From Escherichia phage UPWr_E4: a stretch of 64,000 nucleotides of DNA. Shown one piece after another: positions 40,430 to 51,574 of the stretch (positions within the stretch are counted from its first letter, which is position 1; each line of letters opens with the position of its first letter). The stretch lies in the sequence record PP418987.1. The stretch is one strand, 5' to 3'. The position numbers and the translations under genes were made by a program. The notes beneath the pieces are model-generated. The model was not told where the DNA came from, did not search any database, and was given only the letters and a program-made list of their open reading frames with translations.

Positions 40430-40459
40430 GTTTACTTTAAGATTTAGATAGTATATAAT
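40430..40459 (+). promoter_or_regulatory. T4-type early promoter for rnh with dyad symmetry enclosing the -10
   Basis: GTTTAC 40430-40435, TATAAT 40454-40459; inverted repeat AGATTT (40440-45) / AAATCT (40462-67). Confidence 0.6.
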
Positions 40460-40488
40460 AGAAATCTCACTAATTGAACGAGGTTCAT

Positions 40489-41406
40489 ATGGATTTAGAA
40501 ATGATGCTGGATGAAGATTACAAAGAAGGAATTTGCTTTATTGACTTTAGTCAAATTGCTCTTTCAACTGCTCTGGTAAACTTCCCAGATAAAGAAAAAA
40601 TTAATTTATCAATGGTTCGTCATTTGATATTGAACTCAATTAAGTTTAATGTCAAAAAAGCAAAAACACTTGGATACACTAAAATTGTACTGTGTATTGA
40701 TAACGCGAAATCTGGATATTGGCGTCGTGATTTCGCGTATTATTACAAGAAAAACCGTGGAAAAGCACGAGAAGAATCTACTTGGGACTGGGAAGGTTAT
40801 TTTGAATCCAGCCATAAAGTTATAGATGAATTGAAAGCTTATATGCCATACATTGTTATGGATATTGATAAGTATGAAGCAGATGACCACATTGCTGTTC
40901 TTGTTAAAAAGTTCTCTTTAGAAGGACATAAGATTTTAATCATTTCATCGGATGGTGACTTTACACAGCTTCACAAATATCCAAATGTTAAGCAATGGTC
41001 ACCGATGCATAAGAAATGGGTTAAAATTAAAAGCGGTTCTGCTGAAATTGACTGTATGACTAAAATCCTTAAGGGCGACAAAAAGGATAACGTTGCTTCA
41101 GTTAAAGTACGATCTGACTTTTGGTTTACCAGAGTTGAAGGTGAACGAACTCCTTCAATGAAAACTTCAATCGTTGAAGCTATTGCTAATGACCGTGAGC
41201 AAGCTAAGGTGCTTCTCACAGAATCTGAATATAATCGTTATAAAGAAAATTTAGTTCTAATTGATTTTGATTATATTCCTGATAATATTGCTTCAAACAT
41301 TGTGAATTACTATAATTCATATAAATTACCACCGCGTGGCAAAATTTATTCATATTTTGTAAAAGCGGGTCTTTCTAAATTAACTAATAGCATTAATGAA
41401 TTTTGA
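40489..41406 (+). CDS. rnh: RNase H (5'-3' exonuclease, FEN family)
   Basis: 305 aa from ATG 40489 (MDLEMMLDEDYKEGICFIDFSQIAL..., GAGG upstream; track uses TTG 40474); matches T4 RNase H. Confidence 0.9.
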   Translation: MDLEMMLDEDYKEGICFIDFSQIALSTALVNFPDKEKINLSMVRHLILNSIKFNVKKAKTLGYTKIVLCIDNAKSGYWRRDFAYYYKKNRGKAREESTWDWEGYFESSHKVIDELKAYMPYIVMDIDKYEADDHIAVLVKKFSLEGHKILIISSDGDFTQLHKYPNVKQWSPMHKKWVKIKSGSAEIDCMTKILKGDKKDNVASVKVRSDFWFTRVEGERTPSMKTSIVEAIANDREQAKVLLTESEYNRYKENLVLIDFDYIPDNIASNIVNYYNSYKLPPRGKIYSYFVKAGLSKLTNSINEF

Positions 41407-41414
41407 GGTGAATA

Positions 41415-41684
41415 ATGGCTAAAAAAGAAATGGTTGAATTTGATGAAGCTATCCATGGCGAAGACTTGGCTAAATTTATTAAAGAAGCATCTGATCATAA
41501 ACTGAAAATTTCCGGTTATAATGAACTGATTAAAGATATTCGAATTCGTGCCAAAGATGAACTTGGCGTTGATGGTAAGATGTTTAATCGTCTATTAGCT
41601 TTGTATCATAAAGATAACCGTGATGTGTTTGAAGCTGAAACTGAAGAGGTAGTTGAACTTTATGACACAGTTTTCTCTAAATGA
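41415..41684 (+). CDS. dsbA: Double-stranded DNA-binding protein DsbA
   Basis: 89 aa, size and position as T4 DsbA. Confidence 0.7.
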   Translation: MAKKEMVEFDEAIHGEDLAKFIKEASDHKLKISGYNELIKDIRIRAKDELGVDGKMFNRLLALYHKDNRDVFEAETEEVVELYDTVFSK

Positions 41685-42000
41685 CATTCGTCCGGTCGAT
41701 GAGACCGGTCTTTCAGAAAAAGAACTTTCAATTAAGAAAGAAAAGGATGAAATAGCAAAGCTTCTTGATCGTCAAGAAAATGGATTTATTATTGAAAAAA
41801 TGGTAGAAGAGTTTGGAATGAGTTATCTTGAAGCTACGACAGCATTCTTGGAAGAAAACTCTATTCCTGAAACTCAATTTGCTAAATTTATTCCTTCGGG
41901 TATAATTGAAAAAATTCAGTCAGAAGCTATCGACGAAAATCTTTTGCGTCCTTCTGTTGTTCGTTGTGAAAAAACTAATACATTAGATTTTCTACTATGA
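41662..42000 (+). CDS. 33: Late transcription co-activator gp33
   Basis: 112 aa from ATG 41662 (track 41653), size as T4 gp33; overlaps dsbA 3' end. Confidence 0.75.
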   Translation: MTQFSLNDIRPVDETGLSEKELSIKKEKDEIAKLLDRQENGFIIEKMVEEFGMSYLEATTAFLEENSIPETQFAKFIPSGIIEKIQSEAIDENLLRPSVVRCEKTNTLDFLL

Positions 42001-42650
42001 TTAAACTCCGCATGCCTGCTGGTGGTGAAAGATACATTGATGGTAAATCAGTTTATAAATTATACTTAATGATAAAACAACATATGAATGGAAAGTATGA
42101 TGTTATTAAGTATAATTGGTGCATGCGGGTGTCTGATGCCGCTTATCAAAAGCGAAGGGATAAGTATTTTTTCCAGAAGTTATCAGAAAAATATAAATTA
42201 AAGGAACTTGCTTTAATCTTTATAAGCAATCTTGTTGCTAACCAGGATGCTTGGATTGGCGACATCTCTGACGCTGATGCACTTGTGTTTTATCGTGAAT
42301 ATATCGGACGCTTAAAGCAAATTAAATTTAAGTTTGAAGAAGATATTCGCAACATTTATTATTTTAGTAAGAAAGTTGAAGTTTCTGCTTTTAAAGAAAT
42401 CTTTGAGTATAATCCAAAAGTTCAATCAAGTTATATTTTTAAACTACTTCAATCGAATATAATTTCGTTTGAAACGTTTATCTTGCTTGATTCGTTTTTA
42501 AATATAATTGATAAACACGATGAACAGACTGATAATTTAGTCTGGAATAATTATTCTATAAAGTTAAAGGCTTATAGAAAAATTTTAAATATTGATTCAC
42601 AGAAAGCTAAAAATGTTTTCATTGAAACTGTGAAATCTTGCAAGTATTGA
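41997..42650 (+). CDS. 59: Helicase loader gp59
   Basis: 217 aa, exact size of T4 gp59; ATGA-coupled. Confidence 0.85.
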   Translation: MIKLRMPAGGERYIDGKSVYKLYLMIKQHMNGKYDVIKYNWCMRVSDAAYQKRRDKYFFQKLSEKYKLKELALIFISNLVANQDAWIGDISDADALVFYREYIGRLKQIKFKFEEDIRNIYYFSKKVEVSAFKEIFEYNPKVQSSYIFKLLQSNIISFETFILLDSFLNIIDKHDEQTDNLVWNNYSIKLKAYRKILNIDSQKAKNVFIETVKSCKY

Positions 42651-42651
42651 T

Positions 42652-43284
42652 ATGAATATAGTATATTGGTTTACATTTGAAGACCGTGTCAAAAATAAGA
42701 CTCCGCCATACTATTATATCGGTAGTAAATTAAATTGCTCATTTGAGAACGGAATAATATATGACTCTTCCGGAAAGGAATACTGGAGCTCATGTAAACA
42801 AAAAAGATTTTTGAATGCGCTAATGCTTCAAAAACCGAGCGTTAAAATAATTCAAATTGATGATGACTTGGATGTTATTGAAGCAGAACGAAAATACCAA
42901 CTTGAAGTAAATGCCAGAGATAATCCAGACTATTTTAATCTGGTATATGCTGGTGGTGGATTTGGTGTGAGTGGTGAAACTCATCCAGCCAAAGACCCGG
43001 AAGTTAGAGAGCATATGAGATTGGCTAATTATATGAACCGTGACGATTTTAGACCTTGGAAAACATCACGAGCTAATATAGAGTCTTGGAAATTATCTCA
43101 TATTGCTTACGAGAATTATGTGTTATTATTATCCTCTAATCTGTACGGTAAAACTCCTGGATGGCGAAGAGTTAAAGGTAATATAAATATAACTGATACA
43201 ACTGCTAAATCGATGGTAAAGTATTTCAACTCAGGTTGGATACCTCTCGAAGACCCAGAGTATTGCGAATTATGCCAGCTATGA
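42652..43284 (+). CDS. segG: GIY-YIG homing endonuclease, SegG-like (freestanding)
   Basis: 210 aa; N-terminal GIY-YIG-like motif (IVYWFTF...PYYYIGSK); located between 59 and 32 like T4 segG. Confidence 0.65.
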   Translation: MNIVYWFTFEDRVKNKTPPYYYIGSKLNCSFENGIIYDSSGKEYWSSCKQKRFLNALMLQKPSVKIIQIDDDLDVIEAERKYQLEVNARDNPDYFNLVYAGGGFGVSGETHPAKDPEVREHMRLANYMNRDDFRPWKTSRANIESWKLSHIAYENYVLLLSSNLYGKTPGWRRVKGNINITDTTAKSMVKYFNSGWIPLEDPEYCELCQL

Positions 43285-43338
43285 GGTAAAGTGTCATAGC
43301 ACCAACTGTTAATTAAATTAAATTAAAAAGGAAATAAA
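43278..43338 (+). promoter_or_regulatory. Gene 32 translational operator (pseudoknot plus AU-rich gp32 binding tract)
   Basis: GCUAUGA...UCAUAGC stem then UUAAUUAAAUUAAAUUAAAAAGGAAAUAAA before the gene 32 ATG, as in T4 gene 32 autoregulation. Confidence 0.7.
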
Positions 43339-44244
43339 ATGTTTAAACGTAAATCTACTGCTGAACTTGCTGCACAAATGGCTAAACTGAATGGCAATAA
43401 AGGTTTTTCTTCTGAAGATAAAGGCGAGTGGAAACTGAAACTCGATAATGCGGGTAACGGTCAAGCAGTAATTCGTTTTCTTCCGTCTAAAAATGATGAA
43501 CAAGCACCATTCGCAATTCTTGTAAATCACGGTTTCAAGAAAAATGGTAAATGGTATATTGAAACATGTTCATCTACCCATGGTGATTACGATTCTTGTC
43601 CAGTATGTCAGTACATCAGTAAAAATGATCTGTACAACACTGACAATAAAGAGTACAGTCTTGTTAAACGTAAAACTTCTTACTGGGCTAATATTCTTGT
43701 TGTAAAAGACCCAGCTGCTCCAGAAAATGAAGGTAAAGTATTTAAATATCGTTTCGGTAAGAAAATCTGGGATAAAATCAACGCGATGATTGCGGTTGAT
43801 GTTGAAATGGGTGAAACTCCGGTTGATGTAACTTGTCCGTGGGAAGGTGCTAACTTTGTACTGAAAGTTAAACAGGTTTCTGGATTTAGTAACTACGACG
43901 AATCTAAATTCCTGAATCAATCTGCGATTCCAAACATTGACGATGAATCTTTCCAGAAAGAACTGTTCGAACAAATGGTTGACCTTTCTGAAATGACTTC
44001 TAAAGATAAATTCAAATCGTTTGAAGAACTGAGCACTAAATTCGGTCAAGTTATGGGAACTGCTGCAATGGGTGGTGCCGCTGCAACTGCCGCTAAGAAA
44101 GCTGATAAAGTTGCTGATGATTTGGATGCATTCAATGTTGATGACTTCAAAACAAAAACTGAAGATGATTTTATGAGCTCAAGCTCTGGCAGTTCATCTA
44201 GTGCTGATGACACGGACCTGGATGACCTTTTGAATGACCTTTAA
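43339..44244 (+). CDS. 32: Single-stranded DNA-binding protein gp32
   Basis: 301 aa; [49 protein letters not shown] matches T4 gp32; acidic C-terminus. Confidence 0.95.
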
Positions 44245-44266
44245 TAGATTATATTACTAATTAATT

Positions 44267-44296
44267 GGGGACCCTAGAGGTCCCCTTTTTTATTTT
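44267..44296 (+). terminator. Intrinsic terminator GGGGACCC-TAGA-GGGTCCCC plus T6
   Basis: 8-bp perfect GC stem and U-run after gene 32. Confidence 0.85.
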
Positions 44297-44315
44297 AAAA
44301 ATTTTTCACAAAACT

Positions 44316-44345
44316 GTTTACATCCTTGTTCTTCCATGGTACTAT
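44316..44345 (+). promoter_or_regulatory. T4-type early promoter (cassette family)
   Basis: GTTTAC 44316-44321, TACTAT 44340-44345, followed by ACAACTATC. Confidence 0.6.
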
Positions 44346-44388
44346 ACAACTATCGGCAATACTGCTGATGATTAAAGAGGAAAACAAT

Positions 44389-44616
44389 ATGGCTAAAGTT
44401 GATATTGACATCGTTGATTTTGAATATATTGAAGAGATTATTCGTAATCGTTATCCTGAACTTAGTATCACAAGCGTGCAAGATTCTAAGTTTTGGAGTA
44501 TTCAAATCGTTATTGAAGGTCCTCTTGAAGACCTCACCCGCTTTATGGCTAATGAATATTGTGATGGTATGGATGCTGAAGACACAGAATTTTACATGGG
44601 AATGATTGAACAATAA
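44389..44616 (+). CDS. Hypothetical small acidic protein
   Basis: 75 aa from ATG 44389 (AAAGAGGAAAA upstream); track start 44326 lies within the promoter. Confidence 0.5.
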   Translation: MAKVDIDIVDFEYIEEIIRNRYPELSITSVQDSKFWSIQIVIEGPLEDLTRFMANEYCDGMDAEDTEFYMGMIEQ

Positions 44617-44661
44617 TTATCAAGGGGCTATTAAGCCCCTATTAAAATGAGGAAAATCAAA

Positions 44662-45048
44662 ATGGAAATCGGCAAAAAATACGAGTTAAATCCACACCGT
44701 ATTAAATCTTTCATTGATATTAGTTCATCAAATGCTAATATGGTCGGCATCATTCAAGAAAATGGTGGTTGGTTTGAAGTTAAATCAATATCAAGTTTAG
44801 ATGGCTTTGATTATGTAACCGAAATCATTTGTGCTAATGGTGAAATCTATAATGATGATGGTATGGGTGATGATTATTTTGAACTTAGTGAAGAAGAGTT
44901 TTATTGTTTCCGCGAATATAAAGAACCGACTTCTGAAGAAGATGAAGTCAAAGACAAGGTTTCTGGCGTAACAAAAATTCACTGCATTGTTGACGAAAAC
45001 AATGTAGATGAAATCATTGAACTTTTGCGAAAAACTTTCAAAAAGTAG
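44662..45048 (+). CDS. Hypothetical protein
   Basis: 128 aa from ATG 44662 (GAGGA upstream). Confidence 0.55.
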   Translation: MEIGKKYELNPHRIKSFIDISSSNANMVGIIQENGGWFEVKSISSLDGFDYVTEIICANGEIYNDDGMGDDYFELSEEEFYCFREYKEPTSEEDEVKDKVSGVTKIHCIVDENNVDEIIELLRKTFKK

Positions 45049-45077
45049 TTTACATAGGGTTTTAGTTGTGATACTAT
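45048..45077 (+). promoter_or_regulatory. T4-type early promoter with -10 in the loop of a 7-bp inverted repeat
   Basis: GTTTAC 45048-45053, TACTAT 45072-45077; ATAGGGT (45054-60) / ACCCTAT (45079-85). Confidence 0.6.
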
Positions 45078-45107
45078 TACCCTATCAAAACTAATGGAGA
45101 AAAGAAA

Positions 45108-45176
45108 ATGTTAGCACCTTATATTATGGCAGCAGTTATGTTGGTTTGTTTATATCTTTTGATTAAAGCTTGCTAA
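45108..45176 (+). CDS. Tiny hydrophobic peptide (22 aa)
   Basis: MLAPYIMAAVMLVCLYLLIKAC with GGAG upstream; very short, may not be translated. Confidence 0.3.
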   Translation: MLAPYIMAAVMLVCLYLLIKAC

Positions 45177-45186
45177 GGAGAATAAA

Positions 45187-45429
45187 ATGAGATTACAACG
45201 TCAGAGCATTAAAGATTCGGAAGTTAGAGGTAAATGGTATTTTAATATCATCGGTAAAGATTCTGAACTTGTTGAAAAAGCTGAACATCTTTTACGTGAC
45301 ATGGGATGGGAAGATGAATGTGATGGATGCCCTCTTTATGAGGATGGAGAAAGCGCAGGATTTTGGATTTACCATTCTGACGTCGAGCAGTTTAAAGCTG
45401 ATTGGAAAATTGTGAAAAAGTCTGTTTAA
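45187..45429 (+). CDS. Hypothetical small protein
   Basis: 80-aa ORF, RBS AAGGAG. Confidence 0.5.
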   Translation: MRLQRQSIKDSEVRGKWYFNIIGKDSELVEKAEHLLRDMGWEDECDGCPLYEDGESAGFWIYHSDVEQFKADWKIVKKSV

Positions 45430-45439
45430 GGAAAATAAT

Positions 45440-45795
45440 ATGTCTGACATTCGTGTAGCTGGAATTGCTCGAGTAAGTATTCGTTGCCAACTTAAAACTG
45501 CACCTGGGACGGCTTATATTAATTTATCACACGACCTATGTTCTAGTGAAAGACAGTTAACAGGTGTAATTACATTTTACGCTGGATTTGGCGGAAACGA
45601 ATTTACTGTAGGCGAATTTGTTGGCTGTAAATTAAAAGTTCAGAAGAACGTATTAGAACTTTTTAATGACCTTTACGATGATAGTGATGAAGTTTTTGAT
45701 GAAATCGCACAAGCAGTTAACAGAGGAATGGTAACTTTAGTTAAAATGATTAAAGATAGCGGATTTGCTTCTGGCCCCTTTCAGTGGGAGGTAAT

Positions 45796-45799
<4 letters not shown>
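45440..45799 (+). CDS. Hypothetical protein
   Basis: 119-aa ORF. Confidence 0.55.
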
Positions 45800-46824
<1,025 letters not shown>

Positions 46825-46825
<1 letters not shown>

Positions 46826-47373
46826 TGAAACAATACCAATTTTTAATTAAAGATATCCTGGAAAATGGCTACGAAACCGATGACCGAACAGGCACAGGAA
46901 CAATTGCTTTGTTCGGTACTAAATTACGCTGGGATTTAACTAAAGGTTTTCCTGCAGTAACAACTAAGAAGCTCGCCTGGAAAGCTTGCATTGCTGAGCT
47001 GCTTTGGTTTTTATCGGGAAGCACAAATGTCAATGATTTGCGATTAATTCAACATGATTCGTTAATCCAAGGCAAAACAGTTTGGGATGAAAATTACGAA
47101 AATCAAGCAAAAGATTTAGGATACCATAGCGGTGAACTTGGTCCAATTTATGGAAAACAGTGGCGTGATTTTGGTGGTGTAGACCAAATTATAGAAGTTA
47201 TTGATCGTATTAAAAAATTGCCAAATGATAGGCGTCAAATTGTTTCAGCATGGAATCCAGCTGAACTCAAGCAGATGGCATTACCGCCTTGTCATATGTT
47301 CTATCAGTTTAATGTGCGTAATGGCTATTTGGATTTGCAGTGGTATCAACGATCAGTAGATGTTTTCTTGGGT
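46825..47373 (+). CDS. td: Thymidylate synthase, exon 1
   Basis: 183 codons ending ...QRSVDVFLG at the 5' splice site; continues in exon 2. Confidence 0.9.
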
Positions 47374-48389
47374 TAATTGAGGCCTGAGTATAAGGTGACT
47401 TATACTTGTAATCTATCTAAACGGGGAACCTCTCTAGTAGACAATCCCGTGCTAAATTGTAGGACTGCCCTTTAATAAATACTTCTATATTTAAAGAGGT
47501 ATTTATGAAAAGCGGAATTTATCAGATTAAAAATACTTTAAACAATAAAGTATATGTAGGAAGTGCTAAAGATTTTGAAAAGAGATGGAAGAGGCATTTT
47601 AAAGATTTAGAAAAAGGATGCCATTCTTCTATAAAGCTTCAGAGGTCTTTTAACAAACATGGTAATGTGTTTGAATGTTCTATTTTGGAAGAAATTCCAT
47701 ATGAGAAAGATTTGATTATTGAACGAGAAAATTTTTGGATTAAAGAGCTTAATTCTAAAATTAATGGATACAATATTGCTGATGCAACGTTTGGTGATAC
47801 ATGTTCTACGCATCCATTAAAAGAAGAAATTATTAAGAAACGTTCTGAAACTGTTAAAGTTAAGATGCTTAAACTTGGACCTGATGGTCGGAAAGCTCTT
47901 TACAGTAAACCCGGAAGTAAAAACGGGCGTTGGAATCCAGAAACCCATAAGTTTTGTAAGTGCGGTGTTCGCATACAAACTTCTGCTTATACTTGTAGTA
48001 AATGCAGAAATCGTTCAGGTGAAAATAATTCATTCTTTAATCATAAGCATTCAGACATAACTAAATCTAAAATATCAGAAAAGATGAAAGGTAAAAAGCC
48101 TAGTAATATTAAAAAGATTTCATGTGATGGGGTTATTTTTGATTGTGCAGCAGATGCAGCTAGACATTTTAAAATTTCGTCTGGATTAGTTACTTATCGT
48201 GTAAAATCTGATAAATGGAATTGGTTCTACATAAATGCCTAACGACTATCCCTTTGGGGAGTAGGGTCAAGTGACTCGAAACGATAGACAACTTGCTTTA
48301 ACAAGTTGGAGATATAGTCTGATCTGCATGGTGACATGCAGCTGGATATAATTCCGGGGTAAGATTAACGACCTTATCTGAACATAATG
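47374..48389 (+). mobile_element. td group I intron (1016 nt) carrying the I-TevI ORF
   Basis: Starts TAATTGAGGCCTGAGTATAAGGTG after exon 1 ...TTGGGT and ends ...AACATAATG before exon 2 CTTCCATTT; exon reading frame is restored exactly. Confidence 0.9.
47505..48242 (+). CDS. I-TevI: GIY-YIG intron homing endonuclease I-TevI
   Basis: 245 aa; GIY-YIG motif (GIYQI...VYVGSA) and C-terminal zinc-finger/DNA-binding region; inside the td intron. Confidence 0.9.
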   Translation: MKSGIYQIKNTLNNKVYVGSAKDFEKRWKRHFKDLEKGCHSSIKLQRSFNKHGNVFECSILEEIPYEKDLIIERENFWIKELNSKINGYNIADATFGDTCSTHPLKEEIIKKRSETVKVKMLKLGPDGRKALYSKPGSKNGRWNPETHKFCKCGVRIQTSAYTCSKCRNRSGENNSFFNHKHSDITKSKISEKMKGKKPSNIKKISCDGVIFDCAADAARHFKISSGLVTYRVKSDKWNWFYINA

Positions 48390-48701
48390 CTTCCATTTAA
48401 TATTGCATCATATGCTACGTTAGTTCATATTGTAGCTAAGATGTGTAATCTTATTCCGGGAGATTTGATATTTTCCGGTGGTAATACTCATATCTATATG
48501 AATCACGTAGAACAATGTAAAGAAATTTTACGTCGTGAACCTAAAGAGCTTTGTGAACTGGTAATAGGCGGATTGCCTTATAAATTCCGCTATCTTTCTA
48601 CTAAAGAACAATTGGAATACATTCTTAAACTCAGGCCTAAAGATTTCGTTCTCAAAGATTATCAGTCCCACGGCGTCTTGAAAGGAAAAATGGCGGTGTA
48701 A
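48390..48701 (+). CDS. td: Thymidylate synthase, exon 2
   Basis: 103 codons LPFNIASYATLVHIV...KGKMAV; exon1+exon2 = 286 aa as T4 Td. Confidence 0.9.
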   Translation, partial: LPFNIASYATLVHIVAKMCNLIPGDLIFSGGNTHIYMNHVEQCKEILRREPKELCELVIGGLPYKFRYLSTKEQLEYILKLRPKDFVLKDYQSHGVLKGKMAV

Positions 48702-48724
48702 TTTTAATTTAATTGTGAGGATTT

Positions 48725-48988
48725 ATGATTTTACGATTTAAAGATACTTCTGGTGTAGTTCTTTTTACACTTCCTAACCCAAGTGAGTTAGAAGTTCCAG
48801 GACCAAATCAGCCTATTATCATTTATGGCAAAAAATATTATACTCATAAAATGACTCGTGAGTATTTTGATAATAAAATTTCCACAGTTAAAACTTCTTC
48901 TGACTGTTACTACGATATTACTGTTTTAACGGAAAAACAATATGCCGAATTATCACCGCGCGGGCCGTCTATGTCGGGTAGTGAATAA
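48725..48988 (+). CDS. Hypothetical small protein
   Basis: 87-aa ORF, RBS GAGGA. Confidence 0.5.
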   Translation: MILRFKDTSGVVLFTLPNPSELEVPGPNQPIIIYGKKYYTHKMTREYFDNKISTVKTSSDCYYDITVLTEKQYAELSPRGPSMSGSE

Positions 48989-49268
48989 ATACAAATCCGA
49001 CTTTGATGTGAATATTCACCGTGGTACATTTTGGGGAAATTACGTCGGTAAAGATGCTGGCAGCCGGGAGGCTGCCATTGAATTATTCAAAAAAGATTTT
49101 ATACGTCGAATTAAATCCGGAGAAATAACTAAAGCACATTTAGAGCCTTTACGTGGAATGAGGCTAGGATGCACATGTAAACCAAAGCCGTGTCATGGTG
49201 ATATAATAGCTCATATAGTTAACCGACTGTTTAAAGACGATTTTCAAGTTGAGGACTTATGCAATTAA
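48942..49268 (+). CDS. Hypothetical protein with C-terminal Cys/His cluster
   Basis: 108 aa; [12 protein letters not shown] motif; overlaps upstream ORF and nrdA start. Confidence 0.5.
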   Translation: MPNYHRAGRLCRVVNKYKSDFDVNIHRGTFWGNYVGKDAGSREAAIELFKKDFIRRIKSGEITKAHLEPLRGMRLGCTCKPKPCHGDIIAHIVNRLFKDDFQVEDLCN

Positions 49269-51523
49269 TTAATGTTATCAAAAGTAGTGGTGTTTCTCAG
49301 AGCTTTGACCCGCAAAAAATTATTAAAGTTTTATCTTGGGCATCTGAGGGAACATCAGTAGATCCTTATGAATTATATGAAAATATTAAATCATATCTCC
49401 GTGATGGAATGACAACTGATGACATTCAGACTATTGTCATTAAGGCTGCTGCGAATTCTATTTCGGTTGAAGAGCCTGATTATCAATATGTAGCTGCACG
49501 CTGTTTAATGTTCGCTCTTCGTAAGCATGTTTATGGGCAGTATGAACCACGTTCATTTATTGACCATATTTCTTACTGTGTAAATGAAGGTAAATACGAC
49601 CCTGAACTGTTGTCAAAATATTCAGCAGAAGAAATTACATTTTTAGAATCAAAAATTAAGCACGAACGGGATATGGAATTTACTTATTCCGGGGCGATGC
49701 AATTAAAAGAAAAATATCTAGTTAAAGATAAAACCACTGGTCAAATTTATGAAACTCCACAGTTTGCATTTATGACTATTGGAATGGCCTTGCATCAAGA
49801 TGAACCTGTTGATAGATTAAAACATGTTATCCGTTTTTATGAAGCGGTATCTACTCGACAGATTTCATTACCAACTCCTATTATGGCTGGTTGCCGTACT
49901 CCAACTCGGCAGTTTAGTTCATGCGTTGTTATTGAGGCAGGCGATTCACTGAAGTCTATCAATAAGGCTTCTGCTTCAATTGTTGAATATATCTCTAAAC
50001 GCGCTGGAATTGGTATTAACGTTGGTATGATTCGTGCTGAAGGTTCTAAGATTGGCATGGGTGAAGTACGCCATACTGGTGTTATTCCTTTTTGGAAACA
50101 TTTTCAGACTGCAGTTAAATCATGTTCACAGGGTGGAATTCGTGGCGGCGCTGCTACTGCTTATTATCCTATTTGGCATTTGGAAGTTGAAAATCTTCTC
50201 GTTTTGAAAAATAACAAAGGCGTAGAAGAAAACCGCATTCGTCATATGGATTATGGTGTTCAACTGAATGATTTGATGATGGAACGTTTTGGAAAGAACG
50301 ATTACATTACTTTGTTCAGTCCCCATGAAATGGGCGGAGAGCTTTATTATTCTTATTTTAAAGACCAAGACCGTTTCCGTGAATTATACGAAGCAGCAGA
50401 AAAAGACCCTAATATTCGTAAAAAGCGTATTAAAGCCCGTGAACTATTTGAATTGCTCATGACTGAACGCTCAGGAACAGCAAGAATTTATGTACAGTTC
50501 ATTGATAATACGAATAACTATACTCCGTTTATTCGTGAAAAGGCACCTATTCGTCAGAGTAACTTGTGCTGTGAAATTGCTATTCCAACAAATGATGTGA
50601 ATAGTCCTGATGCTGAAATTGGATTGTGTACTCTCTCTGCATTCGTACTAGATAATTTTGACTGGCAAGACCAAGATAAAATTAATGAATTGGCAGAAGT
50701 TCAAGTTCGTGCTCTTGATAATCTGTTGGATTACCAAGGATATCCAGTTCCTGAAGCAGAAAAAGCTAAAAAGCGTCGTAACCTCGGTGTAGGTGTTACC
50801 AACTATGCAGCTTGGCTGGCAAGTAACTTTGCTTCTTATGAAGATGCTAATGATTTAACACATGAACTATTTGAGAGATTACAGTATGGACTCATTAAAG
50901 CATCCATTAAGCTCGCCAAAGAAAAAGGACCTTGCGAATATTATTCAGACACTCGTTGGTCTCGAGGCGAATTACCTATCGACTGGTACAATAAAAAGAT
51001 TGACCAAATCGCAGCTCCAAAATACGTTTGTGACTGGTCGTCGCTGCGGGAAGACCTTAAGCTCTTTGGCATCCGTAATAGCACATTATCAGCACTTATG
51101 CCATGTGAGTCATCTTCCCAAGTTTCTAACAGTACAAACGGTATCGAGCCTCCACGTGGACCAGTCTCTGTTAAAGAATCAAAAGAGGGTTCCTTTAATC
51201 AAGTCGTGCCCAATATTGAGCATAACATAGACCTCTATGATTATACGTGGAAATTAGCTAAGAAAGGTAATAAACCTTATCTTACGCAAGTAGCTATTAT
51301 GCTTAAATGGGTATGTCAATCAGCTTCAGCAAATACATACTATGACCCGCAGATTTTTCCAAAAGGAAAGGTTCCAATGTCAATAATGATTGATGACATG
51401 CTATACGGATGGTATTATGGCATTAAAAATTTCTATTATCATAATACCCGTGATGGTTCTGGTACTGATGATTATGAAATAGAAACTCCAAAAGCTGAAG
51501 ATTGTTCATCCTGTAAATTATGA
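49259..51523 (+). CDS. nrdA: Ribonucleoside-diphosphate reductase alpha subunit NrdA
   Basis: 754 aa, exact size of T4 NrdA; N-terminal ATP-cone and class I RNR active-site region. Confidence 0.95.
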   Translation: MQLINVIKSSGVSQSFDPQKIIKVLSWASEGTSVDPYELYENIKSYLRDGMTTDDIQTIVIKAAANSISVEEPDYQYVAARCLMFALRKHVYGQYEPRSFIDHISYCVNEGKYDPELLSKYSAEEITFLESKIKHERDMEFTYSGAMQLKEKYLVKDKTTGQIYETPQFAFMTIGMALHQDEPVDRLKHVIRFYEAVSTRQISLPTPIMAGCRTPTRQFSSCVVIEAGDSLKSINKASASIVEYISKRAGIGINVGMIRAEGSKIGMGEVRHTGVIPFWKHFQTAVKSCSQGGIRGGAATAYYPIWHLEVENLLVLKNNKGVEENRIRHMDYGVQLNDLMMERFGKNDYITLFSPHEMGGELYYSYFKDQDRFRELYEAAEKDPNIRKKRIKARELFELLMTERSGTARIYVQFIDNTNNYTPFIREKAPIRQSNLCCEIAIPTNDVNSPDAEIGLCTLSAFVLDNFDWQDQDKINELAEVQVRALDNLLDYQGYPVPEAEKAKKRRNLGVGVTNYAAWLASNFASYEDANDLTHELFERLQYGLIKASIKLAKEKGPCEYYSDTRWSRGELPIDWYNKKIDQIAAPKYVCDWSSLREDLKLFGIRNSTLSALMPCESSSQVSNSTNGIEPPRGPVSVKESKEGSFNQVVPNIEHNIDLYDYTWKLAKKGNKPYLTQVAIMLKWVCQSASANTYYDPQIFPKGKVPMSIMIDDMLYGWYYGIKNFYYHNTRDGSGTDDYEIETPKAEDCSSCKL

Positions 51524-51574
51524 TATAATTTGACTCACGGACGAGTCACCAACTATTAACTAAGCGGAAAATTT

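Noticed and set aside
40385-40488. Replication origin (ori34-like) near the gene 34 / rnh boundary
   Set aside because: Only divergent late and early promoters can be read from sequence; no MotA-box middle promoter with a DNA unwinding element could be identified confidently.
43570-44049. 159-aa minus-strand ORF
   Set aside because: Antisense within gene 32.
47607-48060. ORFs 47607-47813 (minus) and 47875-48060 (plus)
   Set aside because: Inside the I-TevI coding region of the td intron, in other frames or antisense.
49837-51230. ORFs 49837-50058, 50126-50368 (minus) and 50862-51230 (plus)
   Set aside because: Nested in or antisense to nrdA.
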